Assembly (NCBI GenBank): GCA_016618085.1
Contig: JABLTG010000035.1
Span: 1-64,000, forward strand
Direction of reading: 5' to 3'
Length of the DNA: 64,000 nt
Source: Neovahlkampfia damariscottae
Lineage: Eukaryota
Within the stretch, counting starts at the first letter, position 1, and the number at the start of each line of letters is the position of its first letter. Under the pieces are notes generated by a model. That model searched no databases. It saw nothing but the letters and a program-made list of their open reading frames with translations, and was not told the origin of the DNA. Both the position numbers and the translations under genes were made by a program. Below are positions 39,144 through 52,504 of the stretch, in pieces.

Positions 39144-40190
39144 ATGGAAAACAAAACTAACAAGTTGAGCCCGACAACTCTTTCTCCTTTGAACACATTT
39201 TTAGCTGGAGCTTCTGCAAGATGTACAGCTGCTATAATTATGTTTCCTGTTGATTTAATAAAAACAAGACTACAATTTCAAAGAGAGTCAAATAAAATGA
39301 TCAGAACTGTATATAAAAATGGATTCCACGCTTTTAAATCCATTTTAAAAACAGAAGGTTTTTTAGCTCTTTATAAAGGATTGCCAATTCGTTTAATTTA
39401 TATTACTCCTGCGGCAGTGAGTCTCTTTTAATTTTTAAATATTTTTCGAGGCTGTCTCATTTACAGTTTATGAACAATTTAAACAAGCTGTTACTGGTGA
39501 TGATACACAAAATAATTTAAAAAATGTTGCAATCACTTTGACTGCAGGTTTTTGTGCAAGAATTTTTGGTACAGCTATTCGAACACCTTTTGACATGTTA
39601 AAACAGCAATTACAAGTTGAAAATCAAATAAATTCCGAAAAAAAAGGATTAGTATATTCAATAAAACTTATAAAAGAGAATATTGGATACAAAGGATTTT
39701 TGACAGGTTATCAAGTTACAATTTTGAGGTAACAATGATTTAGAGAAATACTAAATTTATTATAGAGATGCACCATTTGCTGCTGTATATTTTACAACTT
39801 ACGAACTGATGAAAAATAATATGAACGAATCACAGAATTCGTCTTTAAAACCATTTCAACATTTTATTTCTGGAGCTGTTGCTGGAGCCATTGCAACAAC
39901 ATGTACAATTAGGTAAGAGTTGTTTAATAATTTATATTATTAGTGTTGATGTAACTTTATTATTTTTTGACAATATATTTTAGGTAGTAAAAACACGTCT
40001 ACAAACACAATCTAGATTAGGTACAAAAGAATATGATGGAATTATAGATGCATTTAAAAAGATATTTAAACAAGAAGGAATTCAAGGATTAACAAAAGGA
40101 TTAGGTGCGAGGTTAATTTATATTATGCCTGCATCTGCAATGACATTTACATTTTTTGAATATTTTAAAAAGAAATTACTTGATAAATGA
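39144..40190 (+). CDS. Mitochondrial carrier (SLC25) protein
   Basis: Three repeats PVDLIKTRLQ, PFDMLKQQLQ and SVDVVKTRLQ, plus RDAPFAAVYF. 7-nt exon. Confidence 0.93.
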
Positions 40191-40203
40191 GTTCTTATAA
40201 TTC

Positions 40204-41689
40204 TTATTCATTTTTATTTATTTGATATTTTAAAAATAAATCTTGTATTGAATTTTTACATACAGGACAATTATCATTAACTTTCAACCATTCATCAATA
40301 CAATCTTTATGAAACATATGAAAACATGGTAATGTTCTAATTTCATCTTCATTTTCATATTCACTTAAACATATTGAACATTCATTTATCATTGTATTTT
40401 GATCATTTATCATAAATTTAAATGTTGGTAATTGTGATAAAGTTGAAGATGATAAACCACATGAAATTTGTTGTTCATTTTGAAATTGATTTTGTAATTG
40501 TTCTAACCATGAAATAATTCTAATATTTTCTTCTGTTGATTCTAAATTTCTTCTTTCAACTAATAAACTTGAAATTGAACTTAAAATATTATTTATTGCA
40601 ATTCTTCTTTCTTCAATAGTTAATTCTTCATTTGGTTCATTTTGAAGATTTTGAAATGTTTCATCGGAAGATGAAATTGGTCCAAAATGAATCTCATAAA
40701 ATTCAATAAAATATTTTTTTGAATAAATTAAAATTAAATTTAACATTTCAATTAATATTAATGGTAAAAATATAATTAAAACTGTTATATAATTTTGATA
40801 TTTTTCAATTGACAAATAAAACGAAAGAGACAAATAAAAATATAAAATCTATTTTTAGAAATTGAATTAATTGCACAATACTTACAGATAATTCATTAAA
40901 TAATAAAATGGTAATATCAATCTTTAAATCAAATTTAACTCTATTATTCATTTTAATTTTATAAAATGAATATATTTTTTGAATTAAAAGAAAAATAAAA
41001 ACTAAATAAATTGGTAATAATAATACAAAGAATGATAGATATTTAAATCCATAATCTAATTGAATAGAAAATAATATACCTGAAATTGAAAATAAAATAC
41101 AATAGATTCCACTAAAAAATGATTCAACTTTCTTTTTAATTAAATATTCTGAAAGTAAAATTAATAACAAAAATACTGTGATTGGTGAAAAAATAATAAT
41201 CCAATTCAATTTAAAATTTGGTAAATCTAATCTAATTGATAATAAAATAAAGAATGAATAAAATGAAATCAATCCAATAGTATTTAAAAATAAGTCTAAA
41301 AATAATCGATTCTTTAAATCATCAGGTGATGATAACTTTAAATGATATAAAAATACCAATGCTTATCTTTAATATTTTTATAATCTTACTCAATGAGAGG
41401 AATAAAAATATTCCATATAACCAAATAGGTAAGAATATCAAAAACCAAGAAAAATTTACAACTGCCATCAATTTAACTAAAACTAAACATGTAGTAAAAC
41501 ATAAGTACATTAATTTTCCTAGATATGAATTTCCATCAACAAGTTTATGGTTGGCGTAAATATTAAACTGATTTGTATAATACAAAAGTAATTTTCTTCC
41601 GATTTCATCACCTTCAAATTGTTCTGAATGGTAAAGTGTCTATTTTTTTTAAATTTTATTTTATTTACTTCTTCGTCTTCTTCAACCAT
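40204..41689 (-). CDS. Multipass membrane RING-H2 E3 ligase (TMEM185-like TM region)
   Basis: CSICLSEY...LPCFHMFHKDCIDEWL...CPVC, with repeated W..IF.P TM motifs. Confidence 0.85.
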
Positions 41690-41737
41690 TTATTTTTATT
41701 CAAAACGAACAAGATGAAAAATGATTGGATAATTCCA

Positions 41738-43039
41738 ATGAACGAAAATGAAGAGAATTTGTTGGAAGAAGACTGGAATGAAAAACAGTTGAATAAAAAA
41801 GAAGAAAAAATAAAAAATCAAGAGGAAGAAGAAGAAGAAGAAGAAGAAGAAATCAAAATAACAAATAATTGGGTTGAAGAAGTATATTTAAAAGTTTGGA
41901 AAAAAAGAGAGAAAAATCCTTTAACAATGAAAGAATTACTTGAAAGATTTATAGAACCTGAATCACCGAGATGGTATTATATAAATGTAAAAAATATAAA
42001 AAATCCAAAAGTTCGAATAAAATGTTGGAAAATGATTAGAGAAGTAAATTGATAAATAAAGAAATTAAAACAAAAAAAAGGAATTAACATTAAAATTAAA
42101 TGATAAAAAGTATAATATTTATGGATATCATAATTGTGCAATATTAAGTTTTAAAATTGGAGAAAGAGAAGTTGGTATTAAATTATTATCCAAATTGATC
42201 AATTCATTCTCAAGTCCAACATTATTATTAACTATGTCATACTTTTATATTGAAACAAATCAAATTAAAAATGCATGTGCAATATTATATAATCTATTAA
42301 ATGATGAACAAGAAGAAGAAGATAAAATATTACATTCACTTTTTTTAAGTATGAAATTAAATAATGAAAATAAAGAATTAAAACAAAAAGTAATGATAAA
42401 ATTATGTGAATTAAAACCAAATAATCATTTATATAAATTATGGAAAATGAAATGGGAAATTAAAAATGAAATAGTTTCAATCAATTCAAAAGATGAAATT
42501 ATTGAAAATACATTAAACTTTTTAAAAGAGAGAATATTAGAAAAGGAATCAAATCATTCATTCATTTCATTTTTATTTAATAATAAGTATTCAATATTTT
42601 TAAATATTTTATCTTCTTTATTTTTTATAACTGGGTTTAAATAAAATATAATTCTTACATTTTTAGATTATCATTATTTATTAAGAACTTTTTAATTCCA
42701 ATTTGGAATAAATACAAAAAAAAAGAAAAAGAAAATAAAAAATATATGTTATTGAATAATTCAAAGGATTCAACATTTAATAAAATATCTTCCATTCATG
42801 ATAATGATGAATCAAAATTTAAATTTAAAATGATTGAAGAAATTGAAAATGATAAAAAATTTAATTCAAAAATAATGAATAATTTTGAATATGTTGATAA
42901 TTTATTCTCAGAAATTCAATATTTAATTAATTATAAAGACACTCTTCCAAGAGAAAATGAAAATAAAAATATTAAAATATCAAATGATGAAAAGATTTCA
43001 GTAATTTCAATGAAAGATGGTTTCAATTTTGATAAATAA
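41738..43039 (+). CDS. Hypothetical helical protein with an acidic N-terminus
   Basis: ORF fragments join through mini-introns. The start is uncertain (41714 or 41738). Confidence 0.55.
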
Positions 43040-43105
43040 TTTTTAATTTTTTTTGAATAAATTTTGTTAATTCAAAATGATTGGAGTAAATTTTTTTAAC
43101 CAATA

Positions 43106-44634
43106 ATGTTGAGAAAAAATTTTAACTCTTTCCGTAAAGAAGTTATAAAAAAGAATTTTAGTTCATCATCTATTCTTTTAAGATATCATGGTGATTTAAA
43201 AGATGAAGACAGAATTTTTACCAACTTATATGGTGAATATGACATTAATTTACCAGGTGCACTGAAAAGAGGTTAAACTATTTTTCTATTAAAAAATAAT
43301 AAAAGGTGACTGGTATAGAACAAAAGATATTATTCACAAAGGACATGACTGGGTTATTGATCAAATTAAACAATCTGGTTTAAGAGGAAGAGGAGGTGCT
43401 GGATTTCCTTCTGGTTTAAAATATTCTTTCATGCCAAAAGTTAAACGTGATGGAAGACCTTCATATTTAGTAATAAATGCTGATGAAAGGTAACTTTTAT
43501 ATTTTTATTAAACATAAAAAAGTGAACCTGGAACTTGTAAAGATAGAGAAATTATAAGAAAAGATCCACATAAATTAGTTGAAGGTGCTTTAGTTGTTGG
43601 ATATGCAATGAGAGCACGTGCTGCATATATTTATATTAGAGGAGGTAAAAAAATTATTATTCAACATTTAACCTTTAAGAATTTTATGATGAATCTTGTG
43701 TTCTTGAAGAAGCAATTGCACAAGCATATAAAAAAGGATTATTAGGTAAAAATGCATGTGGTTCAGGATATGATTTTGATGTTTATGTTCACAGAGGTGC
43801 AGGAGCTTATATTTGTGGTGAAGAAACAGCTTTAATAAATTCATTAGAAGGAGGACAAGGAAAACCAAGATTAAAACCACCTTTTCCAGCAAATATTGGA
43901 TTATATTCATGTCCTACAACAGTAACAAACGTGGAAACTGTGGCTGTAGTACCAACTATTATCAGAAGAGGACCTCAATGGTTTTCTTCATTTGGAAGAA
44001 AAAATAATGCAGGTACAAAATTGTTTTGTATTTCAGGTCACGTAAATTCACCTTGTACAGTTGAAGAAGAAATGAGCATTCCATTGAAAGATTTGATTGA
44101 AAAACATTGTGGAGGAGTTATTGGTGGATGGGATAATTTATTAGGAATTGTTCCAGGTGGTTCTTCTGTTCCAGTTTTACCAAAAAGTATTTGTGATGAT
44201 GTTTTAATGGATTTTGATGCTTTGAAAGAAGTTAGATCTGGTTTAGGTAAAATTAAAAAAAAAAATAAAAAATAAGGTACTGCTGCTGTTATTGTTATGA
44301 ATAAACAAACAGATATGATAAAAGCTATTCACAGATTATCAGTTTTTTATAAAAATGAAAGTTGTGGACAGTAAAATATTGAATAATTAATATTTTTAGA
44401 TGTACTCCATGTAGAGAAGGTACATCATGGTTAGCAGATATTATGGGAAGAATGGTAGAAGGAAATGCAGACATTGAAGAAATTGATATGTTAGACGAAA
44501 TTAGTCGACAAATTGAAGGACATACTATTTGTGCTTTAGGTGATGCTGCAGCTTGGCCTGTACAAGGTCTTGTTAGACATTTTAAACCAGAAATGATTGA
44601 AAGAATCAAAGAGTACAAAATGAACAAACAATAA
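43106..44634 (+). CDS. NDUFV1: NADH dehydrogenase flavoprotein 1 (51 kDa, NuoF)
   Basis: [53 protein letters not shown] and HTICALGD. 5 introns. Confidence 0.98.
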
Positions 44635-44639
44635 AATTT

Positions 44640-45164
44640 TTAATTTCCAGAACTAAATACTTTTTTTACAAATACTTCATATTCAACTTCATTTTCATTA
44701 TCTGGTTTCATGTCTGCAATGATTTCATCAATCTAAAGGACTAGTTTAAAAAAAAAATATTCTAACATCTTGTTTCGTTAATTTATCTCCATATTCAATC
44801 AAGATTTTTTCAATATCACTAACAGAAACGTGACCATTATTTTTTGTGTCAAAAACACGAAAAGCTTCATTCAATTCTGATTCACTTGAAACGTCTGCAA
44901 GAATAGGTGTCATTAAGTTTTCAAATTCTTCATAATCTACACCTTTGTCTTTATTTTTTCTTGTTAAATTTAAACTTTTTATGTTTGCTTGAATTTCTTT
45001 ATCTGTGTCCAAACCCATTGCTTGAAGGGCAGTACTAATTTCATCAATAGTAACAAAACCGTCACCATCACCATCAAATAATGAAAAGGCTTCTTTAAGT
45101 TCACTCACTTGTTCAGCTCTAAGACGATTCTTTAAAATAAAAAAGAAACAAAAAATCATACCAT
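44640..45164 (-). CDS. Calmodulin-like EF-hand protein (intron directly after the ATG)
   Basis: ELKEAFSLFDGDGDG and ELNEAFRVFDTKNNG. ATG at 45164-45162, then intron 45161-45130. Confidence 0.88.
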
Positions 45165-45213
45165 ACAAATTTAGTTGGGTGTTTTTGTGAATAGTGAAAT
45201 TTAGACCAATAAG

Positions 45214-46047
45214 ATGAGCCAAGTATTTTTAAGTACAAGAGAAATTTCTGATGCTTTCAACAATTACTCAAAAGTCATTCAATTGAATCAATTAAATCAA
45301 GAAGGAAAAAAAAAGATTGAAAATACAACAGAATCCATTTTATTAAGACTTGATGAATATGGTGAACATTTAGATAGTGTAATATTTTCTTTCTCATTTT
45401 TTAAACTTCAAAAGATCAATCAAAATAAAAATCACAATTTAAATGAATTAACACCTCAATTACTTATTTTATCAAAGAATTTAAAACTTCTTTATCAAAA
45501 AATTGATGCAATAGATGTTTGATTATTGTATCCATTTTTTTAATATTTTAATCTAGGAATACGTAAATTTTGTTGGAAACAGAGTTATTGATTTGGAAAA
45601 GAAGGTTACAGAAATTGAAAAACAAGATTCTACTTCTATTTTTTCATTTTTTGGTTCAAAACCAAAGAACAAACCAATTGAAGTTTCATTTATTTTTCTA
45701 AATTTAAAATATAGTTTATTCCATCAAAATATTATTTAAACCCTGGTATATTAATTAGCAAAATTGAAGAAATTAATAAAAAAAAAGAGTTTGTACCAAA
45801 AAAAGAATCAATCACAAAAGTTGAAGAATCCACTCAACAAACAATAATTCAACCAAATGAATCACCAATAAATAAACAAATAATTCAAAAATTAGATGAA
45901 AATATGAATCAAAAAGATGAAAATAAAGAAGAAGAAAAAGATATTTTTGTTGAAGAAAAAGAATCAATTGGTGATGAAGTACCTCAAATAGTTCAAGGAG
46001 TTGAAAATGAAGGAGAAGAAACAGAAGAAGAATCAGATGAAGATTAA
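45214..46047 (+). CDS. BLOC-1 subunit 4 (cappuccino)-like
   Basis: LLRLDEY...LYQKIDAIDEYVNFVGNRVIDLEKKV coiled coil and an acidic tail. Confidence 0.65.
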
Positions 46048-49000
46048 AATTTATTTTCTAAAGAAAGAAATAATTTTTTGTATTCAAATTTCTTCAAAAT
46101 ATTTTGATATGGAATCCAAAAATGTTGATTTAATTCTAAAATAAAAATGATATTCTCAACATCACATAAAATGGTTGCAAATAATAATGCAAAATCTAAT
46201 TTTTTTGAATTGAAAAATGAATCAAATAACTCTACAATGTAATCATAAAGTGATTGTGAATGATGAACATATTCTTGTGTATTTGTAAAGAATTGATGAT
46301 TTGATATATTTGATAAATTTAATATATTTTTTGGTTGTTTTTTATTTGGAATATTGAAAGAATTCAACATATTATCAAATAAAATTATCCAATCAGATGA
46401 TTGTTTAGAAATTGAAATATCATTATCACTTTCAAAAATATGAATATATATTTATCATTTACTTACTCTTCAATAGATAACCATGTTTCAATATTTAAAT
46501 CAAAATTTAAAGATATATTTCTTAATAAATTTAAATTACCTTCTAATAATGTTTCTTTTGATTTTTTTAAAATCATTGATTGAAGTATAAAATTATCATT
46601 TAAAAAACCATCAATAATTGATTTCTTCTTTTCTTTTTCTTCAATTTCAATTTCTAATGTATTAATAAATCTAATTAAATCATTTGAAATATCAAATTGA
46701 TTTGATTTTAATATTTCTTCTAAAACTAAAAATGAAGATGAGTATGCATAGGATATTCCTTCTGTTTGTTGTAATATTCTCAATAAGTATCCAGTTTCAT
46801 TTAAATAATTTTTTTTTAACCAATCAGAAAATAAATCTTTTGGATCTCCAATTAATTTGAATAGTTTTGACCATAAAGATATATCAGTCTTTCTTAAACA
46901 ATTTATTAAAATTGCTAAAAATAAATATAAATATAAATTTGAATTATTATTTACCTGGATATTGTTTAAATTCTTTTAAGAATAATATAATCTTTGGCAA
47001 TACTAAATCTGAATTAATCTTTTTCTTTTCATTTTTAATAATAATATAAAATTGATTGGAATCATCATTTATCAATATTGTATTTAATAACCATTCTAAA
47101 GATGCAATAAAAGATGATTTATATTCAATCTTTTTTGAAAATTGAATTAACTTTTTGAATGAATCATTTTGATAAATGTGTTCATTTTTCTTATTGGTAG
47201 ATATATTATCATTATTCTTCTTATTGGTTGTTGCATCATTATTCATTATTATTTCCTTAGTAGAGATGTCATCATTCTTATTCATTTTCTCATGAATTAT
47301 ACTCATACTCTCACCCATTTTCTCATCATTAATCATTTCATTTAAAAAATAAATGAATATAATTTGATCATAAGGTGATATTTTTTCAGTTATAATTTCA
47401 TTAAAATTATTTCCTAATCTCAATTTATTTGTCAAAGAAGAAACTAAAAATAATCCTTCATTTTTTAAAATACCAACTGGAAATGAATTTGAATTATCAA
47501 ATTGAATTATATTTGATTCAATTTTTAAATCTTTAAATGTATCAAAATAAACTTCAATTCCATTAATTTGATTAAATGTAAAATATAAACATCCTTCATT
47601 TCTTTTTGATTCAACCCAAAATAATTCAACATTATTTTTTATTAATTCAAATTCTTCTTCTTTTTGTTTATATTTTTGAAAATCAAGTAATTTTAATTTT
47701 AAATCTTCAAATAAAATTAATACTTTACCAGATATTGTATTTCTATTTATTTAATCAAATTATTAAATCTTACAATCTAATAATAGTTGATACATTTATA
47801 AATTTTCTAATTTTTTGTTTAAAAGAAATGATTGAATATTTAATCAATTTTGAAACATTTTCATTTTCAAATAATATTTTATAAATATGAATTTGATTAT
47901 TTTCATCATAAAATAATATTGTATTCAAATAGAATGATGAACTCTTAATTTTACCATTAAATAATATTTCATGATGAATCAAAGATGAATAATCAAGATG
48001 ATTAAATGGATAAATATAAATCTAATCAAAGTGTTCATTTAGAGATATGAAATTATTTTACTTCACTCTTATTTTCATTTTTATCAAAATGAATAATACC
48101 AATTGAATTATTTATCCAAAATAAATGAATACATCTTATTAATGATTCCTTTTAAATATTATATTATTTTCTTCTTTTACTTGATTTTTATCACCAAATA
48201 CTCTCCATTTTCCAGTTGATATTTGATATATAATACATCCCTTTCTACCAGATACAGCTATTAAATCTTCATTATCACTAACACTTATATTCTATTATTT
48301 ATTAATATTTTTTGAAATATTTTTACAGTTATTGGAAAGTTTTCTGAAATGTATTCATTTGGTATTTTAAATATATTAAAATTTAATTTTTCATTCATAA
48401 CATATATTGAATTAGAACCATATAATATTATATTAGTTGATTTATTCTATTTAATTAATTTAAAAAAAAATGATTATGTTTCAAACATTAGAATCATATA
48501 ATTTTGAAAATTGATAAACTGAAAAGGTTGATGAATTCTTTTCAGAAACAATTAAATTAAATCCATTTGTATCCCAAGACTATATGTTAAATATATTTTT
48601 ATTACTAAAGATTGAATTCCATTTTTAAAAGGTTCATTTAAATTATTTTTTGAAAATTTTGGAATGGTTGATAATGAATTAGATTCAAATAAAACATGAA
48701 ATACTTTTAATCCACGTTTTGAATATCCAACAGCAATCTCTTTTCCATCTGGTGAAAATTTTACAATGGAAGAACTTCCACTTGTTGTTATAGATTCATT
48801 TTTAATTTTTTTTAAAAACTTCAAATTTTTAAAAATTAAAACATCACCACTTAATGTTCCAACACAAATTAAATCTAATTGATCAATAAATTATTAATTG
48901 TGGATACATACCTTCATAAATGGAACAAGAAATCGCGAATATATTTTCTTCAGTAAATAAAATATCAAATTCAAAGAAATTAGAAGATGTTGATTTCTTT

Positions 49001-49632
49001 GATAAAACATTTAAAGATCCATTTTCTAAAATGATAACGTAAATACCATTAGAATACTGAATATCAATGATTCCTTTTTCGTTTTCGTTTTTTAAACGAA
49101 GAAAATCTAAACTGATTCCTTTGAAATAATTTTTAAGAAATGATGATTTACCTTGTATGATATCACCTTTCCAATTTAAAAATACCATATATCCACTTTC
49201 TTTTATTTTTAATTTTTTCAAAGCATACTTGTTCCTACCAAAATTGTATCTTTATCTACTGACTTAAAACAACTAAAATGACCAAATTCTTCAAATTTTT
49301 TGTAATTTAATTGTTTTAAAGAAAATTGACGAAATTTTCCAATAATAATTTTAAAAAAATATGCGCTTTCATTGTCTTTTCCTTCAATCAATAAATAAAG
49401 ATCATTTGGTTTCCATATAAACTTCTTTCCAATATTATCATTATTTTCTTTTAAAACCAGTTTAAAACCTTGCTGAAAATTTAAATAAATAATTTTTTCA
49501 ATTTACAGAACCACAAGTCCATAGATTTATTGTATTCGAAGAAAGAATACAAACCATTGTCGATATATTGTCAATATATTGTATTTCATCATCATTTTTG
49601 AATTCGTTTCTGTAACCAAGTGGAAAGTACAT
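46044..49632 (-). CDS. RIC1: RIC1 (Rab6 GEF subunit): WD40 region plus RIC1 domain
   Basis: N-terminal MYFPLGY, beta-propeller segments, and NCLRKTDISLWSKLFQLIGDPKDLF...TGYLLRILQ. Confidence 0.8.
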
Positions 49633-49697
49633 AAATCAACAGACCAATGATTATGCTTCATCATTAATCCAATCAATTGAACTTGAAGGAAAAGTTG

Positions 49698-51270
49698 ATG
49701 AAAACAATTTTGTTATTTTTACTTTTTGTTCAATTTAGTTACCAAATTATTCAACTAGAAGGTGATTTTGAAGCTAAAATATTTTTTCATAGTCGATCAG
49801 ATCCAACTGTAAATTATGTTGGAGTGATTCAAAAAACAAAACAGTTTGGAATTCAAATGATCGTTGAAGATAATAATAAGATGAAACACTATTATTCAAA
49901 TGGAAGATTAACTCAAGAAATTCAATCCATTACCGGTGACAAAAGAACTTTTTGTGTTTCAATCGAAAGCACACCTCCAACACCAAACTTCTCTTTGATC
50001 AAAAATTATATTCAAAAAAATATTATATATGATAAAGAAGTGAACTATTGTACAGGAGAGAAATACTTGATTCCATATGAAGGTGAACAGTATGTGTTGT
50101 GTACAAATAAAGGGAGAATTCAAAAAGTTATTGGTCATAACGTAATTGTTGAGGTTTTATCATATTCAACAGATATAAATGATTTTTTGGATGTGAAATT
50201 ATCAGAAAAATGTGCAAAAAATAAAAAAGAAAATGGAGTTGATGTCCAAGAGAACTGGTTTGAACAAAAAGATACCTGTAATTTCAAATGGTTGAGAGAT
50301 GAAAGGTATTGTCCCAAATTACTGCCAACAAAACATTGTTTCTTTTTTCATGGAAGTGGTGAACAAAAAACAGAGGAACCATCTGATAATTTTGAACAAT
50401 ATGTATTTATGAATATTATTAATATTTGATTAGTGGGGAAAATTAAATAACTTTACACCTCAATGTGTAATCTTTATATTCAATATTTATTTTTTTAGAA
50501 ACTAAGGACTTACATTAAAGAAGAAACACTTCTCAGAGGTTTTGAATCCCAAAGTTTGCAGAAGAAATATTGTGATTATTTGACTTTCAACAATGATACT
50601 TTAATTAAAAATAAGATTATTTTTACTCATAGCATGGGAGGATTAATTCTTGCATCTGCAATAAAAAACAAATACTGTGAAATTGATTCAACATCAAAAT
50701 GGTTTATTGTATCGACACCATTTCAAGGATCTCATGTCGTTCCATTTGTAAATCAATTCAATAACTAATGTATGTACCGTTAGATTAAAAATGTTTGCGA
50801 AGAAAAATTGCCTGGTTTATTGCCAAGAGTAAAAAAGATTGTTGTTGAATATTTTGGGTATTGTGTTCCAAAACAAAAGAAAGTTTGGCCTGTTTATGAA
50901 AGTTTAAATCTAAACTATACTGGAATGAAAGAAGCATTAGAAATTTCAAAAGTATTTTATATATTCACATTAAATTTCACAGACACGAATATCTGGAAGT
51001 ATGTGTGGGAATTCTAGTTTTGGTTTAACTTCGGCAGATTCATTACCGTTAACAATTGTGACACAATTTTGTAATTTTTCTTCTCCAAATGATGGATTGT
51101 GTTCGATATATTCTTGTAATGATGTGGGTGGATCAAATCAATACCAATACCAACCTAATGCAAATTTTTATCAACCCCAAACGAATCATCCGGATATGAC
51201 TTGTCGTCATGGTGATGGACTTTGGGGAAGTCATAGAAAACCTTGTACTTGGTTTGCAAATAAAACTTAA
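49698..51270 (+). CDS. Secreted alpha/beta-hydrolase (lipase-like)
   Basis: Signal peptide, FFHGSG, nucleophile elbow THSMGG, NDGL (Asp) and NHPD (His). Cys-rich. Confidence 0.8.
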
Positions 51271-51284
51271 TTTTAAAATGTGAA

Positions 51285-52474
51285 TTAAGAGAACCAAAAA
51301 CTGACTGAAAAACTTAATTCACAGCTTTCTAAATAATGCCAATGACCTTTTGGAATGAATAAAATTTCTCCTGGATTTAATACACATTCAGAATAAATGC
51401 CTTTGTGAAATAATGAATATTTTGATTCATCAACATTGAATACGTCTGATATTTCACTTGTGTTTGAGAATATACCAATTTTTGGATATAATTTATCTGT
51501 TTGATTTGAATCATATAATCTAATATACTTTGATCCAACAACTTGACAATAAATATTGTCATAAGGATCATGATGTAGAGGACTTATAGTTTCTTTTGGA
51601 CCAAACCAACAATTTACAGAATTTAAAATTCCTTTTCCAGAAATACAATATACTGGTTCTAAAATATCTTTTTTCAATTCCATTATCTGTTCAAATATTT
51701 GATGTTGAGCTAAGTATCCCTTTTTCTCTTCAATCAAATAAAAATCAATGAATTCTGAAATTGTCATCAATTTCTGACTCCAATCATCACTTGTATAAGA
51801 AGTTCCTGTCTCTACTGGAACTGTCCTGTAACCACATGTGTTTTTAAAATAATTCAAATCATTCCATTTTTTCATTCCTGGCCATTCATTCATCGCATTT
51901 GTTATTATTACAGGTTCTTTATCATTCAAATATCTTTTAAATTCTGTTAAACTCGGATTTTGAATTCGCTTTATTTCAAATTTTAATTTTTCAATTTTTC
52001 TTTTCTTTATTTTTTCTTTTAACATCACTTGTTCAATTCCAAAATGTTTGATTGTTTCACTATGTAAATTTTGAATAATCATTTGTAACTCTGATTCAAA
52101 CAATCCATTTCCCATTATTAAGCCTAAATCAATTTTCTTCATCAATTCTTTCAAATTTTTCAAGTTCTTTTCCATCATTTTAATTTTTGAGTACACCAAA
52201 AGCAAAACAGAATACGCAAATAATTCTCTCCAAGTCTCTTTGACATCTTTCCAATAACCTATGAAGTCATTCAATCATTAATTTTACCTGTATGAAGTTT
52301 TTTCCAACTCAAAGAGAATAATTCTTCAATTTGTTTTTTTGGATTTTTGTTTTCTTTGATGTTTTTGAAGATTATTTGGATAAATATCTCAACTGAATCT
52401 TCTTTAATAAATTTTTTTGACAATTCCAACAAATTGTTTTCATTCAGAATATTTGATAATTTATCAAAGTTCAT
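51285..52474 (-). CDS. JMJD5: JmjC-domain hydroxylase JMJD5/KDM8
   Basis: RTVPVETG, GYLAQHQIFEQI, WFGP..TISPLHHDPY, WHY and SVSFWF. 1 intron. Confidence 0.93.
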
Positions 52475-52504
52475 TGGTCAATTGTCAACAACCAATCAAA
52501 TATT
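52473..52504. promoter_or_regulatory. 30-nt bidirectional promoter with two opposed CCAAT boxes
   Basis: ATTGG at 52473-52477 overlaps the JMJD5 ATG. CCAAT at 52492-52496 precedes the ATG at 52505. Confidence 0.65.

Noticed and set aside
41821..41851. (GAA)n tracts here and at about 4475, 10665, 11465 and 36362
   Set aside because: They are in-frame poly-Glu coding runs, not independent repeats.
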